Part shown: positions 12,644 to 20,576 of the stretch, piece by piece
Layout: every line of letters begins with the position of its first letter
How positions within the stretch are numbered: the first letter of the stretch is position 1
DNA from: Clostridia bacterium
Lineage (GTDB): Bacteria > Bacillota > Clostridia > UBA1381 > UBA9506
Direction: 5' to 3'
Length of the DNA stretch: 49,459 bases
NCBI GenBank assembly: GCA_045597205.1
Contig: JAZODT010000073.1
Location: 1-49,459, forward strand
Position numbers and translations under genes: made by a program
Notes under the pieces: generated by a model
The model's input: only the letters and a program-made list of their open reading frames with translations
The model's database searches: none
Told to the model about the DNA's origin: nothing

Positions 12644-13561
12644 ATGCCGATTAAGATACCCAATAAGCTGCCGGCGACAAAAACGCTGACGGAAGAAAAC
12701 ATTTTTGTTATTACAGAAACAAGGGCATTAACCCAAGACATCCGACCGCTTAAAATAGCCATTTTAAACCTGATGCCCACGAAAATAGAAACCGAAACGC
12801 AATTGGCACGCCTTTTGGGCAACACACCTTTGCAGGTAGAACTCACGCTTTTGCATACGGAAAGCTATAAATCCAAAAATGTAGCAGAGGAGCACATGCT
12901 CTCTTTTTATAAAACCTTTGCAGAGGTTAAGGATGAAACCTTTGACGGCATGGTGATTACCGGTGCGCCGGTAGAGCAGATGCACTTTAAAGAGGTGACT
13001 TATTGGGAGGAACTTTGTCAAATTTTTGAGTGGACAAAAACCCATGTAACCAGCACTTTTCATATTTGCTGGGGTGCTCAGGCAGGGCTCTATTATCATT
13101 ATGGTGTGCCTAAATATCCATTGGAGAAAAAACTGTTTGGCGTATATTCTCACAAAGTGGAGCATAAGTCTTCTATTTTGTTCCGCGGGTTTGATGATGA
13201 ATTTATGGCACCCCATTCCCGCCATACGGAAATCCGTCGGGAAGATGTGGAGAAGGTGCCGGAATTGAAGATTTTATCCGCTTCCGATGAAGCAGGGTTG
13301 TATGTGGTCAGTACCAAACGGGGACGGCAAATTTTTGTTACCGGTCATTCAGAGTATGATGCCGGTACGCTTAAAAAAGAATATGTCCGTGATGTTAATG
13401 CCGGCTTGCCTATTGAAGTGCCGAAGAATTATTTTCCTGATGACAACCCAGACAAAGAACCGTTAGTCACTTGGCGCAGTCATGCAAATTTGCTGTATTC
13501 TAACTGGCTGAACTATTTTGTATATCAGGTGACGCCGTATGACATCAGTAAAATAAAATAA
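12644..13561 (+). CDS. metA: Homoserine O-acyltransferase (MetA family)
   Basis: N-terminus MPIKIP..LPA...L..ENIFV, ILNLMP, and the catalytic-region sequence [11 protein letters not shown]; 305 aa. Confidence 0.9.
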   Translation: MPIKIPNKLPATKTLTEENIFVITETRALTQDIRPLKIAILNLMPTKIETETQLARLLGNTPLQVELTLLHTESYKSKNVAEEHMLSFYKTFAEVKDETFDGMVITGAPVEQMHFKEVTYWEELCQIFEWTKTHVTSTFHICWGAQAGLYYHYGVPKYPLEKKLFGVYSHKVEHKSSILFRGFDDEFMAPHSRHTEIRREDVEKVPELKILSASDEAGLYVVSTKRGRQIFVTGHSEYDAGTLKKEYVRDVNAGLPIEVPKNYFPDDNPDKEPLVTWRSHANLLYSNWLNYFVYQVTPYDISKIK

Positions 13562-13612
13562 ACAGTAAAGGCTGTAGTAAAGCGTAAAATGTTATAAGAG
13601 TAAAAATTATGA

Positions 13613-13645
13613 TAGGCATTTGTCATTGGACGAATGCCTATTTTT
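13613..13645 (+). terminator. Intrinsic terminator after metA
   Basis: TAGGCATT (13613-13620) pairs with AATGCCTA (13633-13640), followed by T5. Confidence 0.65.
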
Positions 13646-13686
13646 GTGTCTTGCTTGCCGGGCAGACATGCTTTTGTTAGGCAAAT

Positions 13687-13724
13687 GAAAAAGGTGCTGT
13701 TGCCCATGCAACAGCACCTTTTTA
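13687..13724 (-). terminator. Terminator for the NagB-family gene
   Basis: 13-bp stem AAGGTGCTGTTGC/GCAACAGCACCTT (13691-13720) flanked by A and T runs. Confidence 0.7.
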
Positions 13725-13729
13725 TACAG

Positions 13730-14680
13730 TTAATTACATTCAGCATTTAAAGGACCAGCCAGCTCGTTTAAGAAGAAAAGCTTACCGGGCAGAGTGGGAA
13801 TGTAGCTGGAGGTAATCCAGGGTGTGGGACCGTAACGCAGAGTCATCCATAGGCTCATGCCCTGCCACTGCATACCGCGAGACAGTGCACCATCACAACC
13901 GCCGATAATGGTATCGGCCTGCATAAAGATGCCGGGTCCAATAGTGTTAGCACGGCAAGGAACCAAAGTGGTTCTTGACTTAAAGCTGGTGATGGCATTT
14001 TGCTCTATGGTCAAAGGATGGAGTTTAGCACCTAAACGGTAGGGCTGTTTCATCCATTCTTCTTCGCTCTGAAATTCAGCCGCGAACTGGGGTTCCCAGA
14101 ATGCAATGTGGCACATTCTGCCGATACCGAAAATGAGCACCATTTTAGCGCCTTCGGCCTTTAATTTAGCAATTTTTTCGGGGTATTTAGGCAGATTTTC
14201 TTTGGTAGCAAAGTTTCTCTGTTCCTTGGGAACGGTCAGTTCGCCTAAGGGATTATAGAATGCCTGCTCCATAGCGTTAGTAAAGGCTGCCGGGTCGTTG
14301 GATGCTAAGGTGTTACCATCAGCGTCAGACCATTCATCCATGTTAAAGCAATGGAGATGGTCACATTTAATGTTCCATTCTTTTAAGAAGAACACAGCCC
14401 ATTTATACATACCCATAGGACCAACAGGCAGAATCATAATCAGCTTTTCGCCGGCTTCACGAGCCTTTTTGATGGTGTTAGCAATTTCGTGACCCATCAG
14501 CATATCAAACTCGGTTACATTTTCACAGGAAATGGGTGTGAAATCCTTGTGCCAAAAAGTTTGGCGATCAAAAATAGATTCCGGGGGATTAGAACAACAT
14601 GCATCAATCTTTTCCATGTCCCAACCGGTGGGGTAGAAGCCCTCTAATAAAGAGCCTTTAACAGTACTTGCAAAATTCAT
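13730..14680 (-). CDS. Glucosamine-6-phosphate deaminase/isomerase (NagB/SugarP_isomerase) family protein
   Basis: 316 aa. LPVGPMGMY and NMDEW motifs are typical of the NagB/6-phosphogluconolactonase fold. Confidence 0.65.
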   Translation of the reverse strand: MNFASTVKGSLLEGFYPTGWDMEKIDACCSNPPESIFDRQTFWHKDFTPISCENVTEFDMLMGHEIANTIKKAREAGEKLIMILPVGPMGMYKWAVFFLKEWNIKCDHLHCFNMDEWSDADGNTLASNDPAAFTNAMEQAFYNPLGELTVPKEQRNFATKENLPKYPEKIAKLKAEGAKMVLIFGIGRMCHIAFWEPQFAAEFQSEEEWMKQPYRLGAKLHPLTIEQNAITSFKSRTTLVPCRANTIGPGIFMQADTIIGGCDGALSRGMQWQGMSLWMTLRYGPTPWITSSYIPTLPGKLFFLNELAGPLNAECN

Positions 14681-14773
14681 TTTTCTTCCTCCTATTTTTT
14701 ATAATAAATCATTATTTAACGTTTTTAACCTTAACCTGTGCGATAAGCTCGAGATAAAAACAAATTAATTATG

Positions 14774-15187
14774 TTAAAGAGCAGAAGATAAAAACTCTTC
14801 TAATAATGAAGCAGTATATCCAACTAATTCGTGGCAGTTTTTCTTTTCATTGCTCATTTGCGCTAAAGCAATTAACTCACGGCATAGCATAGAACCGTTT
14901 TCAGTTTGAAAGGCTTCTGCCAAAGAGCGAACTTTTTCATAACAGGTGGCTTTTTCCTGTGGAGTGGGCGCTTCATTTATGGCACTTGCCAAACCAAGCA
15001 CCATAAAGGCGCCTGTCAGGGCCCCGCAGGTTTCACGCATTTGCCCCATGCCACCGCCAAAAGGCAAAGACAAACTGGCAGCTATTTCTTTGGACAACCC
15101 ATAATCTTCACAAAAAGCCAAAAGAACCGATTGGGCACAATTATAACCTTGTGCGTGGATTGCCATTGCAATGTCACGCTTGCTCAT
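14774..15187 (-). CDS. C_GCAxxG_C_C family protein
   Basis: GYNCAQSVLLAF, CGALTGAFMVLG and a C-terminal CxxL; 137 aa. Confidence 0.75.
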   Translation of the reverse strand: MSKRDIAMAIHAQGYNCAQSVLLAFCEDYGLSKEIAASLSLPFGGGMGQMRETCGALTGAFMVLGLASAINEAPTPQEKATCYEKVRSLAEAFQTENGSMLCRELIALAQMSNEKKNCHELVGYTASLLEEFLSSAL

Positions 15188-15222
15188 AAAATCCCTCTTT
15201 CGTCATGGTATGCTACTTATTT

Positions 15223-15251
15223 ATTATATATCGAAATATGGATGTTGTCAA
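15223..15251 (-). promoter_or_regulatory. Consensus sigma-A promoter for the C_GCAxxG gene
   Basis: The minus strand reads TTGACA (15251-15246), a 17-nt spacer, then TATAAT (15228-15223), about 35 nt upstream of the ATG. Confidence 0.65.
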
Positions 15252-15363
15252 GAGAACAAAGTGGATAGAAATGGAAGGAAAGTCATATTTTTAGAAAAAG
15301 AAGAGAGACGCAAAACCCCTCTCGGGTCAAGAGGTCTCGTATTCAGCCGATGCAAACCCAAAT

Positions 15364-15403
15364 AAAAAAACGAGTCACACCTTGCGGTATAACTCGTTTT
15401 TTT
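15364..15403. terminator. Terminator abutting the tRNA fragment
   Basis: A7, then ACGAGT ... ACTCGT, then T8; it lies directly 3' of the tRNA-derived CCA end. Confidence 0.6.
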
Positions 15404-15448
<45 letters not shown>

Positions 15449-15503
15449 GCAAACACAAAATAGCGTATTATGCGTGTTTTAAGGTCGTTTTGTTGCCTAC
15501 CTG

Positions 15504-16667
15504 TTACCAACCGAAAGACAAATGTTCGTCAACTTCCTTTATTAAATTTTCAATATCATCCCCGGTTATGTGGGTATAGAAATCTATAGTTGTTTCGTAC
15601 TGCTCGTGTCCTACGATGCGCTGCAGATATTCTGGTTTAGAATCGTTTTTAACCATCTCAGAAATAAATGTATGACGGGTGGAATGCGGTGTTAAGCGAG
15701 GCGGTTTCGCGTTTTTCTCCAAAATCTTGATTTCTTCCAAAAAAGGATAAAAATACCTGTTTCTGAAATTATCAACATCCATCTTATTGCCGCGTTGGTT
15801 GCACAACAGGCATTTTCGGTTTTTGTTTTCTTCCATCCAAACGATTATGAACGGCAGAACATCTTTGTGTATAGGGATGATTCGCTCTTTGCCCGCATCG
15901 GTTTTAGAACCGCCGACCATGTATCGTTTATCTATATGAACGTTTTCAATTTCCATGGAAAATAACTCGTTGATTCTTACCCCAGTATATATCAGAACCA
16001 ATATAATTTGCGCTGTTCTATTGTCGCTATTCTTCCATAATAATGCAATTTCGTCTTTTTTAAATATCTCTTTTTCTTTATTTGTTTCTTCCGGCAGAAC
16101 AACAAACTGAGCATAGTCCTTATTGATAATATCGTCCTGCATAGCTTGCTTGCAGATTTTACTGGCGACAATCTTAATTTTCTTGCAGGTTGAAAGCCCC
16201 TTACCGCTTTCCCGGGCACTGTCGATAGCGGCTTGTATATGCTGGCTGGTAATCGATCTCATTTTAATCTGGCTGTAAGGCTCTAAATATAACCATGCGG
16301 CCCGGTATGAATTCTCTGTCGATTTGTCGATTTTCTTGTAATGCTTATCAGACCATGCGTCATAAACCTCTTTAATTGTTAGGTTATAACCATCCGGGAT
16401 CGGGCTGATTCTAGCGGCGTCCAGCGCATTTATAGCTTCCGTTCTGGTGGCATAATAGCCAATGATCGTCTTTGTCTGCTCAAAATTTACTGTTTTTGAG
16501 ATAGTGGCAACATACGGCCTACGGCGCCGGCCCGAAAGCTTGTATACTGTTCCGGTACCGTTAGCGCGTTTTAAGGCCTTTCTGGTTTCTTTTATTTGTT
16601 TTTTTCCGCAGTGTTGACAAAAAAGGCTGTCCTCTGCAATTTCCTTGTGACATTTTATGCATATCAT
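15504..16667 (-). CDS. int: Tyrosine-type site-specific integrase with N-terminal zinc ribbon
   Basis: CIKCHKEIAEDSLFCQHCGKK at the N-terminus; catalytic R (TGVRINEL), HSTRHTF and GHEQYETTIDFYTH (R-H-R-Y). Confidence 0.95.
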   Translation of the reverse strand: MICIKCHKEIAEDSLFCQHCGKKQIKETRKALKRANGTGTVYKLSGRRRRPYVATISKTVNFEQTKTIIGYYATRTEAINALDAARISPIPDGYNLTIKEVYDAWSDKHYKKIDKSTENSYRAAWLYLEPYSQIKMRSITSQHIQAAIDSARESGKGLSTCKKIKIVASKICKQAMQDDIINKDYAQFVVLPEETNKEKEIFKKDEIALLWKNSDNRTAQIILVLIYTGVRINELFSMEIENVHIDKRYMVGGSKTDAGKERIIPIHKDVLPFIIVWMEENKNRKCLLCNQRGNKMDVDNFRNRYFYPFLEEIKILEKNAKPPRLTPHSTRHTFISEMVKNDSKPEYLQRIVGHEQYETTIDFYTHITGDDIENLIKEVDEHLSFGW

Positions 16668-16764
16668 AAAGGCAAGCTCCTTTTTAGGGTTGACTTTTAA
16701 GGAGTGTTTATGATATACTTACCTTGGATTGTGGGTGCGTATATCATATGCACTCCTTATGTGA

Positions 16765-16808
16765 CCCCTGTCTGTGTTGGTAGCACAGCGGGGGTTGTTT
16801 TTATTTTT
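16765..16808 (+). terminator. Intrinsic terminator oriented for plus-strand transcription
   Basis: CCCCTG(T)CTGTG/CACAGCGGGG stem (16765-16794, one bulge, one G-U) followed by TTGTTTTTATTTTT on the plus strand only. Confidence 0.5.
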
Positions 16809-17535
16809 AATTCTCTTTTACATCAAAAATTTTTTCTTTTCTACCATTATCTGATATTTGAATTTGCGTGACTTGGAACTCTTTATTATATACGGCTAAT
16901 TTTAATATATAACAATTTTTATGATACCAAAAGACCAGGTCACCTTTTGCAACATTTCCAAATTTATCAAAATATAATTCAGCGGACGAGTTAGTGGTTG
17001 CCCCGAAACCGAGCAATAAGGAATACGGATATTTAGCCGTCTGTCCTGCAGGAGTTAAAGGATGGTGAAAAATTTTACAAACGACCCCTCCATAATTTAT
17101 TGATTCTTCAAAAGATAATAAGTTTGGGTCGTAGGTAAAGCGCGGAAAGTTTGTGTGGTCTTTGTTGAAATTTTCTAATGTGAGATTAAGATTTAATAAG
17201 AAGCAGTTTGCAACCTTTTCCTTGTCTTGCGGACTTGTTATATAATACACATCCGTTCCGGTGCCATTATTATTTTCGCAAGAGTAGCGAAAAGTCAAAT
17301 CGCTCAAAAGAAAGTGATAAAAAACATTGCTTTTCATAGACGGATGGTGTATAGCCTTATTCAACTTGCTTTCTTCATATTCGTTTGCCCAATCTTGATA
17401 TTCTTGAATGTATGGGTCGCAATTGGGGCGTCGCTTTAAAATGTCTTTTGTTTCCTGATTTTCCTGATTTTCAGTACTGTTTTTATATAATATAATCGCT
17501 AAGATAATAGCAACTACAACAATCAAAAACCACAC
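16807..17535 (-). CDS. Membrane-anchored hypothetical protein (lysogeny-module accessory gene)
   Basis: GTG start 9 nt after AAAGGAG; N-terminal TM helix (WFLIVVVAIILAIILY). It is visibly AT-rich compared with int and cI and lies 22 nt downstream of the repressor on the same strand. Confidence 0.6.
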   Translation of the reverse strand: MWFLIVVVAIILAIILYKNSTENQENQETKDILKRRPNCDPYIQEYQDWANEYEESKLNKAIHHPSMKSNVFYHFLLSDLTFRYSCENNNGTGTDVYYITSPQDKEKVANCFLLNLNLTLENFNKDHTNFPRFTYDPNLLSFEESINYGGVVCKIFHHPLTPAGQTAKYPYSLLLGFGATTNSSAELYFDKFGNVAKGDLVFWYHKNCYILKLAVYNKEFQVTQIQISDNGRKEKIFDVKEN

Positions 17536-17557
17536 GATGTCATTCTCCTTTATTGTC

Positions 17558-18208
17558 TTAATTTATTTCCCTTATTACCAATTTGGGTATGCCAAGGACA
17601 CGGCAATGTTCCAAAGCTTCATTTTCTATTGTTATGGGCGGGAAGTTGGGGTTTACCGGCACCAGCCGGAGCCAGTCTTCTCCGTTTACATATTCCACGC
17701 GTTTTAAGGTAGCGCAATCGTCTTCGTATATAATAGCACCGATTTGCCCGCTATAATTTAAGGTTGTTTGCTTTAAAATCAGCACTTTGTCCCCATCCTG
17801 ATAGGTGGGGTACATACTTTCTCCTTTAACCAACAAAACAAAAAATTCAGTTGGTTTTCGGCCACCTAAGTATGAATTAGGAATGTCTATCTTTTCCCCA
17901 TCCCAGTTTTCTACGGCAATGCGGTCATAGCCTGCTGCGATTTCGCCAATGACCGGAAATGTGGTATAGTCCTCTGTGATGCCAGGGGAGGGGAAACGTT
18001 CGTCTTCCTCTTCCCATCCCATCAGGTAGGCAGGAGTTGTATTTAACTTATCGGCAAGCAATTTAATTTTGCTTGCAGGTATATTAGAAATAATTCCGGT
18101 TTCGTATTTATGGATTGTTTGTTTAGTGGTTCCTGCAGCAAACGCCAACTCTTCCTGGGTTAATTCGTGGCGGATTCGCAGGAGCTTAATTTTTTCTCCT
18201 ATATTCAA
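17558..18208 (-). CDS. CI/LexA-like phage repressor (XRE HTH + S24 peptidase)
   Basis: HTH LTQEELAFAAGTTKQTIHKYETG; S24 Ser (GESMYPT) and Lys (ATLKRV); TTG start after GAGGTGAG. Confidence 0.9.
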   Translation of the reverse strand: MNIGEKIKLLRIRHELTQEELAFAAGTTKQTIHKYETGIISNIPASKIKLLADKLNTTPAYLMGWEEEDERFPSPGITEDYTTFPVIGEIAAGYDRIAVENWDGEKIDIPNSYLGGRKPTEFFVLLVKGESMYPTYQDGDKVLILKQTTLNYSGQIGAIIYEDDCATLKRVEYVNGEDWLRLVPVNPNFPPITIENEALEHCRVLGIPKLVIREIN

Positions 18209-18230
18209 TGAAACTCACCTCTTCACCAAC

Positions 18231-18259
18231 AGTATAGCAATAAAAAAGTCACTTGTCAA
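18231..18259 (-). promoter_or_regulatory. Leftward promoter for repressor (P_RM-like)
   Basis: The minus strand reads TTGACA (18259-18254), 17 nt, then TATACT (18236-18231). Confidence 0.6.
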
Positions 18260-18292
18260 GAAATTTTTTTCGTAATTTTATTAAAAAAGTGC

Positions 18293-18321
18293 TTGACAAG
18301 TTACAAAAACCGTGCTATGAT
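18293..18321 (+). promoter_or_regulatory. Rightward early promoter (P_R-like)
   Basis: TTGACA (18293-18298), 17 nt, then TATGAT (18316-18321), 36 nt upstream of the cro-like ATG. Confidence 0.65.
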
Positions 18322-18325
18322 GGTA

Positions 18326-18341
18326 GTAACTTAAAAGTTAC
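18326..18341. promoter_or_regulatory. Candidate operator, perfect 16-bp palindrome GTAACTTAAAAGTTAC
   Basis: Lies immediately downstream of the -10 of the rightward promoter. An identical copy is at 18556-18571. Confidence 0.5.
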
Positions 18342-18357
18342 GAGAAGAGGTGAAGTT

Positions 18358-18564
18358 ATGCTTGACATCAAAGCTTTGCGTGCAGAGATGGCGCGAAATG
18401 GTTATACTCAAACGGCGCTGGCAAAGGAAATCGGAGTATCTGACAGAACTTTTGGAACCCGCTTAAAGACAGGGGATTTTGGTGTAAAAGAAATCGAAAT
18501 TATGATAGAAGTTTTGCACCTTAAGGATCCATTAGCCATTTTTTTTGCTCAAGAAGTAACTTAA
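18358..18564 (+). CDS. Cro-like HTH regulator
   Basis: 68 aa from ATG 18358 (RBS GAGGTGAAG); HTH YTQTALAKEIGVSDRTFGTRLK; divergent from the repressor. Confidence 0.75.
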   Translation: MLDIKALRAEMARNGYTQTALAKEIGVSDRTFGTRLKTGDFGVKEIEIMIEVLHLKDPLAIFFAQEVT

Positions 18565-18571
18565 AAGTTAC
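18556..18571. promoter_or_regulatory. Second copy of the 16-bp palindrome GTAACTTAAAAGTTAC
   Basis: Exact repeat (17 nt shared, AGTAACTTAAAAGTTAC) that overlaps the cro-like stop codon. Confidence 0.45.
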
Positions 18572-18615
18572 AAACAGAGAGAGGAAGAGAAAAGAGAGGA
18601 AGGAGGGGAGTAGCC

Positions 18616-18840
18616 ATGCTTGAAGCAGAACTGATGACAGCAGCAGAAGCAGCCAGAATTTTAGGAACCACACCACTGAAAATATCCAAAGCCATTCATG
18701 ACGGCGTTCTTCCTATTGGCGTAGTGGTAGAAGCAGAGCCGGGAAAAAACGAGAGAAACCGAACCATTATTATTAAAAAACGGCTTGAGCGCTGGCTGAA
18801 CGGTGAGGATCTTAAGCTGGTAGCGGGCAATGAAGACTAG
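18616..18840 (+). CDS. Excisionase/HTH_17-like DNA-binding protein
   Basis: 74 aa; LMTAAEAARILGTTPLKISKAIHDGVLP resembles excisionase/MerR-type winged HTH domains. Confidence 0.55.
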   Translation: MLEAELMTAAEAARILGTTPLKISKAIHDGVLPIGVVVEAEPGKNERNRTIIIKKRLERWLNGEDLKLVAGNED

Positions 18841-18855
18841 AGGAAGGAGAAAACC

Positions 18856-18987
18856 ATGTCAGACAAGGAAAAGCGGGATAAGCTAATTCAGATTCTTCGG
18901 GATTGGGCACTGAAGGCAAACGATGGCATTTCGTTTGAAAGCATAGCGGAGCATTTACTTGTAAACGGCGTGGAAGTGCCAGATTAA
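18856..18987 (+). CDS. Small hypothetical protein (43 aa)
   Basis: ATG is 6 nt after AGGAAGGAGAAAA. It reads MSDKEKRDKLIQILRDWALKANDGISFESIAEHLLVNGVEVPD, is below the ORF-track cutoff, and fits tightly between its neighbours. Confidence 0.35.
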   Translation: MSDKEKRDKLIQILRDWALKANDGISFESIAEHLLVNGVEVPD

Positions 18988-19007
18988 ACTTCAAGGGAGG
19001 AAAACAA

Positions 19008-19277
19008 ATGAAAAGACGGATTCAGATAGCGGCAGCATTGTGTCTTCTGGTGATTGTGGTTGTGTTGCTCTTGGGTTTGGCCACAAAGTCAACGGAAAAA
19101 GAGTGGACCACATACACCGTCCGTCCCGGGGACAAGCTTTGGGATATAGCGGAGGAGCTGGAGGTTCAGAACTGGGACAAATGGCGCTATGAGACCTGCC
19201 AGGTGAACAACATCCAGCAGGGTGGTTTAATATTTCCCGGCCAAGAGCTAGTCGTTTATGTGTCATCACAAAAATAG
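19008..19277 (+). CDS. Membrane-anchored LysM domain protein
   Basis: TM helix (IAAALCLLVIVVVLLLGL) followed by the LysM motif YTVRPGDKLWDIAEEL...GGLIFPGQELVV. Confidence 0.8.
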   Translation: MKRRIQIAAALCLLVIVVVLLLGLATKSTEKEWTTYTVRPGDKLWDIAEELEVQNWDKWRYETCQVNNIQQGGLIFPGQELVVYVSSQK

Positions 19278-19398
19278 GGCTCCCGCAAAACCCGATAGGT
19301 TTTGTGGGAAAGAGGAAGAACCGCCCGTCAAGCGTAGCGCCGGAGAATATACGGCGCAAGATACAAGGGCGTGTTCTGACGAGAGGGAGGTGAGATAA

Positions 19399-19676
19399 AT
19401 GTTTAAATCCATTACGTACGATCAGCCGATTAGGAAAAGAATCCGGCCGAACAAGTACCAGGCAGAAATTGAGGCTGTTCACGAGTTTAATTCCTCGAAG
19501 CATACCAATATGCTTATGGAATATGATTCGGGGGGGGCGCTAGGAATGCCTATTGTTTTATGAAACGGTATTTGGCAGATGCCAAGATGCCTTTGGAGGC
19601 AAAAGTCAGAAATACGGTTTTTGTGGTTATTGAACGAAAGAAAATTAACGAAAGCGAGGAAAAGATTAATGATTAA
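19399..19676 (+). CDS. Hypothetical early protein interrupted at a G8 tract
   Basis: The frame runs from ATG 19399 (RBS GGGAGG) and stops at 19563. The -1 frame continues smoothly from the G8 run (19530-19537) to TAA 19676, whose ATGATTAA junction overlaps the next start codon. Confidence 0.4.
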
Positions 19677-19892
19677 ACTTGAAACAAAAGAAGCTGAAGG
19701 ATACTCCCTGGAAATGCGGGGGGGGTATTAGAGCTCTTGGCCGAACTTGGATCTGCGGTCACTGGAGCTCTTAATAGGATGACTGATAACGAAAAGGATT
19801 TTAGAAAACTAAAGGACATGTTAATTTCTGCACTTATTAACTGTGCGGAATTTTGTCCAAAACCAAAGGAGGAAAACAATGGGAATGAGTAA
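19669..19892 (+). CDS. Hypothetical early protein interrupted at a G8 tract
   Basis: ATG 19669 gives only 20 codons (stop at 19731). After the G8 run (19718-19725) the -1 frame reads VLELLAELGSAVTGALNRMTDNEKDFRKLKDMLISALINCAEF... and ends at 19892. Confidence 0.4.
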
Positions 19893-20523
19893 AGAAGAAT
19901 TTACCCGGCAGTTTATGGCCGACCAGACTAAAAAGCGAACCGGGGGGGGTATCGAAAAACCCTTTACAAAGTGGACGCGTGAGTTGACCTCGGATTTGTA
20001 CCGGCTTTATGAGCAGAAGCTTTCTGCAGAAGAAATTGCCGAACGGCTTGGAGTTGATGTTAAGGCCGTAAAAAACAAACTGAGGAATGATAAACAACGT
20101 GCCAAGCAGGCCCAAAAGAAAAGACAACAGCCTGCGCCGGTGCAGGAGACGAAAAAGGGCGTGGACGAGCAGTACATAGAGCATTTGGAGGGAGAGTTTG
20201 CTAAGTGTAAACTGGAACTGAATGATGCGAACGAATTGAACCGCCAGCTTGCTGAAGAGGTTGCGAAGCTTAACAGTCGTTTAAAAGGTTATGTAGAGCA
20301 AATTGACGTTGAGCGTGATAGCAAGTTTCAGGATTTGTTTTTCGAAGCAGAATGTTTGGTTGATTGCATTAGAGGGATTAATACGGACGAAATGAAAGAG
20401 CCTGCCAATACACATATTTTATTTGATTTGTTGGATTCTAAATTAGATGCAATCTACAGGCAAGTGCCGAGAGTGAAAAAAGAAGACTCCGAAACTGCTG
20501 GAACAGCTCCGGAGCCCAAATGA
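19879..20523 (+). CDS. Hypothetical early protein with HTH-like segment and coiled coil
   Basis: ATG is 6 nt after AGGAGG. LSAEEIAERLGVDVKAVKNKLRN resembles sigma region-4/HTH. It contains an in-frame G8 run (19942-19949). Confidence 0.65.
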   Translation: MGMSKEEFTRQFMADQTKKRTGGGIEKPFTKWTRELTSDLYRLYEQKLSAEEIAERLGVDVKAVKNKLRNDKQRAKQAQKKRQQPAPVQETKKGVDEQYIEHLEGEFAKCKLELNDANELNRQLAEEVAKLNSRLKGYVEQIDVERDSKFQDLFFEAECLVDCIRGINTDEMKEPANTHILFDLLDSKLDAIYRQVPRVKKEDSETAGTAPEPK

Positions 20524-20547
20524 AAAATTTAATAACGATGTGCCTTC

Positions 20548-20576
20548 ATTGTAACATAGAGAGGGCGATTTGTCAA
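20548..20576 (-). promoter_or_regulatory. Leftward (antisense) sigma-A-like promoter
   Basis: The minus strand reads TTGACA (20576-20571), 17 nt, then TACAAT (20553-20548). It points into the 3' end of the 19879-20523 gene. Confidence 0.4.

Noticed and set aside
18991-19503. 170-aa minus-strand ORF
   Set aside because: It lies antisense to the LysM gene and to the start of the next early gene. It has no RBS and a Pro/Arg/Ser-rich junk-like composition, so it is judged spurious.
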